DNA of 32,000 nt, taken from the NCBI RefSeq assembly GCF_000011805.1, contig NC_006840.2; one strand, 5' to 3'. The stretch comes from Aliivibrio fischeri ES114 (GTDB taxonomy: Bacteria; Pseudomonadota; Gammaproteobacteria; Enterobacterales; Vibrionaceae). The notes below the pieces were generated by a model. The model was not told the DNA's origin. It made no database searches and saw only the letters and a program-made list of their open reading frames with translations. Positions 30,197-32,000 of the stretch are shown here, in pieces; position 1 is the stretch's first letter, and each line of letters opens with the position of its first letter. The translations under genes and the position numbers were made by a program.

Positions 30197-30538
30197 ATGA
30201 AAAATCGCTTTTTAGTTTTTATTCTTATGTCTTTACCACTTTCAGTATCTGCATCTGAAGCGGTATTGGGGCATGATCCAACAGAACCATTAAGTTGGAG
30301 TACTCCTGCTCCAGCTCAAAAAAAGGTAATAAAAAAACGTCAATATTTCCCTTCTTTGCAGGCAATAAATTGCAATGCGAAGTCTGATTGTTATGCCGTG
30401 TTAGATGATAAATCAATGAAAAGAGGCGATAAAGTCTCAGGTTATACATTATTAACAATTGGTGAAGAAAGCGTTTCGATTGGTCGTGCGGGTAAGCAAT
30501 GGCAACTTTCTCTATTTCCACAAAATATTAAAAATTAA
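30197..30538 (+). CDS. mshK: MSHA pilus biogenesis protein MshK
   Basis: Signal peptide then VLGHDPTEPLSW, PilP-like. The ATG at 30197 right after the mshJ stop is preferred to the track start at 30134. Confidence 0.82.
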   Translation: MKNRFLVFILMSLPLSVSASEAVLGHDPTEPLSWSTPAPAQKKVIKKRQYFPSLQAINCNAKSDCYAVLDDKSMKRGDKVSGYTLLTIGEESVSIGRAGKQWQLSLFPQNIKN

Positions 30539-30549
30539 GGTTTGCAGTA

Positions 30550-32000
30550 ATGAAAGTACGTAATGTCATCATTGGTTTCATGGTTGCCTCTTTAACAGGT
30601 TGCTCAATGGGTCATCGTGACCCTGTTGAAATTAAACAGACCTTAGATAAATCCATTAATGAAAATGGGGGGCTGCTACTTGCTGATTTACCCGCTTCAG
30701 TACAAGCTGATTTAATGCCTGAGCTAAACACGCCTCATGTTGAAGTTGAAGAGCCTGTGAAACGTTTCAGAGTCAGAGCAAATGGGGTAGGTGCAAAAGC
30801 ATTTTTTACGAGTTTAGTGAAAGGAACGGAATACAGTGTCGTTATTCATCCTCAGGTTTCTGGTCGTATTACGATGAACTTGAGTGATGTGACCATGGAT
30901 GATGTTCTGTCATCGGTTGAAGACTTATATGGGTACGATATCGTTAAAGCAGGAAAAGTATTACAAGTTTATCCAGCGACGATTCGTACAGAGACTATTC
31001 CTGTTGATTATTTACAGCTTACTCGTAAAGGACGTTCATTAACGACGATTACGACAGGGTCGATTACCAACTCGGACAATAATTCATCAAATAACAATAA
31101 CTCAAGTTCTAAATCAAACAATAATTCATCGTCGTCGTCATCTTCTGCTACCGGTGGAACAGAGATTGAAACAACGAGTGAGAGCGATTTTTGGAAAGAG
31201 TTAGAAACGGCTATTTCTGTGATGATAGGAAATGGAGCGGATCGAAGCGTTGTTGTATCTCCTCAAGCGAGTGTTGTTACTATTACTGCCTCTCCTGATG
31301 AATTACGTAAAGTTAAACAATTTTTAGGAACCTCTCATAAGCGATTACAACGTCAAGTGATCCTAGAGGCTAAATTACTTGAAGTCACATTAAGTGATGG
31401 TTATCAGCAAGGTATTAATTGGTCGAACCTAACAGCATCATTAGGTGGTACAGATGTTGTCTTTGGGCAGACTTCTGGCCTTGTTCAAGGTGCATTACCT
31501 GGAATGGATACCATTGGAACATTGTTAGGTGGGCAAACAAACATTACGGTTTCAGATGGTAACTTCCAAGCTGTATTAAGTTTTATGGATACACAAGGTG
31601 ACTTAAATGTACTTTCAAGCCCGAGAGTGACTGCTGCAAATAACCAAAAAGCGGTGATTAAAGTCGGTCGTGACGAGTACTACGTAACTGAAGTATCAAG
31701 TGTTACTGGTAGTGGTGACAACTCTAATGCTTCTCCAGAAGTAACATTAACGCCTTTCTTCTCAGGTATTTCTTTAGATGTGACACCTCAAATCGATGAT
31801 AAGGGTAATGTTATGTTACATGTTCACCCATCAGTTATTGATGTGGAGAACGAGGTAAAAGAGATTGATTTAGGTGATGTTGGTGGCGTACTGAAATTAC
31901 CATTAGCAAAGAGCTCAATTCGTGAATCAGATTCTGTGATCCGAGCGAAAAGTGGTGATGTGGTCGTTATTGGTGGTTTGATGAAATCACAAACGGTTGA
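30550..32000 (+). CDS. mshL: MSHA pilus secretin MshL, truncated at the window edge
   Basis: Not in the supplied ORF track. Translated by hand: MKVRNVIIGFMVASLTGCSMGHRDPVEIKQTL (lipobox LTGC), secretin core QVILEAKLLEVTLSDGYQQGINW, VLSSPRVTAANNQKAVIKVG, GDVVVIGGLM. Confidence 0.92.
   Translation, partial: MKVRNVIIGFMVASLTGCSMGHRDPVEIKQTLDKSINENGGLLLADLPASVQADLMPELNTPHVEVEEPVKRFRVRANGVGAKAFFTSLVKGTEYSVVIHPQVSGRITMNLSDVTMDDVLSSVEDLYGYDIVKAGKVLQVYPATIRTETIPVDYLQLTRKGRSLTTITTGSITNSDNNSSNNNNSSSKSNNNSSSSSSSATGGTEIETTSESDFWKELETAISVMIGNGADRSVVVSPQASVVTITASPDELRKVKQFLGTSHKRLQRQVILEAKLLEVTLSDGYQQGINWSNLTASLGGTDVVFGQTSGLVQGALPGMDTIGTLLGGQTNITVSDGNFQAVLSFMDTQGDLNVLSSPRVTAANNQKAVIKVGRDEYYVTEVSSVTGSGDNSNASPEVTLTPFFSGISLDVTPQIDDKGNVMLHVHPSVIDVENEVKEIDLGDVGGVLKLPLAKSSIRESDSVIRAKSGDVVVIGGLMKSQTV
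31069..31146 (+). repeat. Low-complexity Asn/Ser-encoding trinucleotide-rich segment in mshL
   Basis: Encodes NSDNNSSNNNNSSSKSNNNSSSSSSSSA-like linker; DNA includes TCATCGTCGTCGTCATCTTCT. Confidence 0.85.

Noticed and set aside
1-32000. CRISPR arrays, tRNA/rRNA, transposases, phage, toxin-antitoxin or defence genes
   Set aside because: No spaced repeats, tRNA-like cloverleafs or such protein motifs were recognised by eye; nearly all sequence is accounted for by the listed genes. Small RNAs cannot be excluded without a computational search.

Overview
This is a Vibrionaceae chromosomal segment. Low GC and gene content suggest Aliivibrio/Vibrio fischeri-like, by inference only. Conserved backbone, left to right: metH (3' part), lysC with an upstream lysine riboswitch, a class V aminotransferase, a PglL/Wzy_C-like membrane ligase, uvrA, galU, then ssb, an unknown multi-TM protein, csrD/mshH and the start of the MSHA pilus operon (mshI, mshJ, mshK, mshL 5' part). 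An accessory block of about 12 kb lies between galU and ssb: a tightly packed minus-strand Wzx/Wzy-type polysaccharide operon. In transcription order it encodes a WcaJ-like initiating transferase, an outer-membrane beta-barrel, a short Wza/OPX protein, a Wzc-like co-polymerase with apparently lost Walker motifs, Wzx, Wzy, GT2, GT4, GT4 and a small membrane protein. The most noteworthy observations are a G9 homopolymer inside the wzy coding sequence (possible phase-variable polysaccharide), a weaker G7 tract in the first gene, the pseudo-BY-kinase co-polymerase, the separate beta-barrel plus short OPX export arrangement, LexA-box candidates at the now separated uvrA and ssb, and a lysine riboswitch whose aptamer 3' side overlaps a competing terminator-like hairpin. 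I found no CRISPR, tRNA/rRNA, transposase, prophage or recognisable defence genes.
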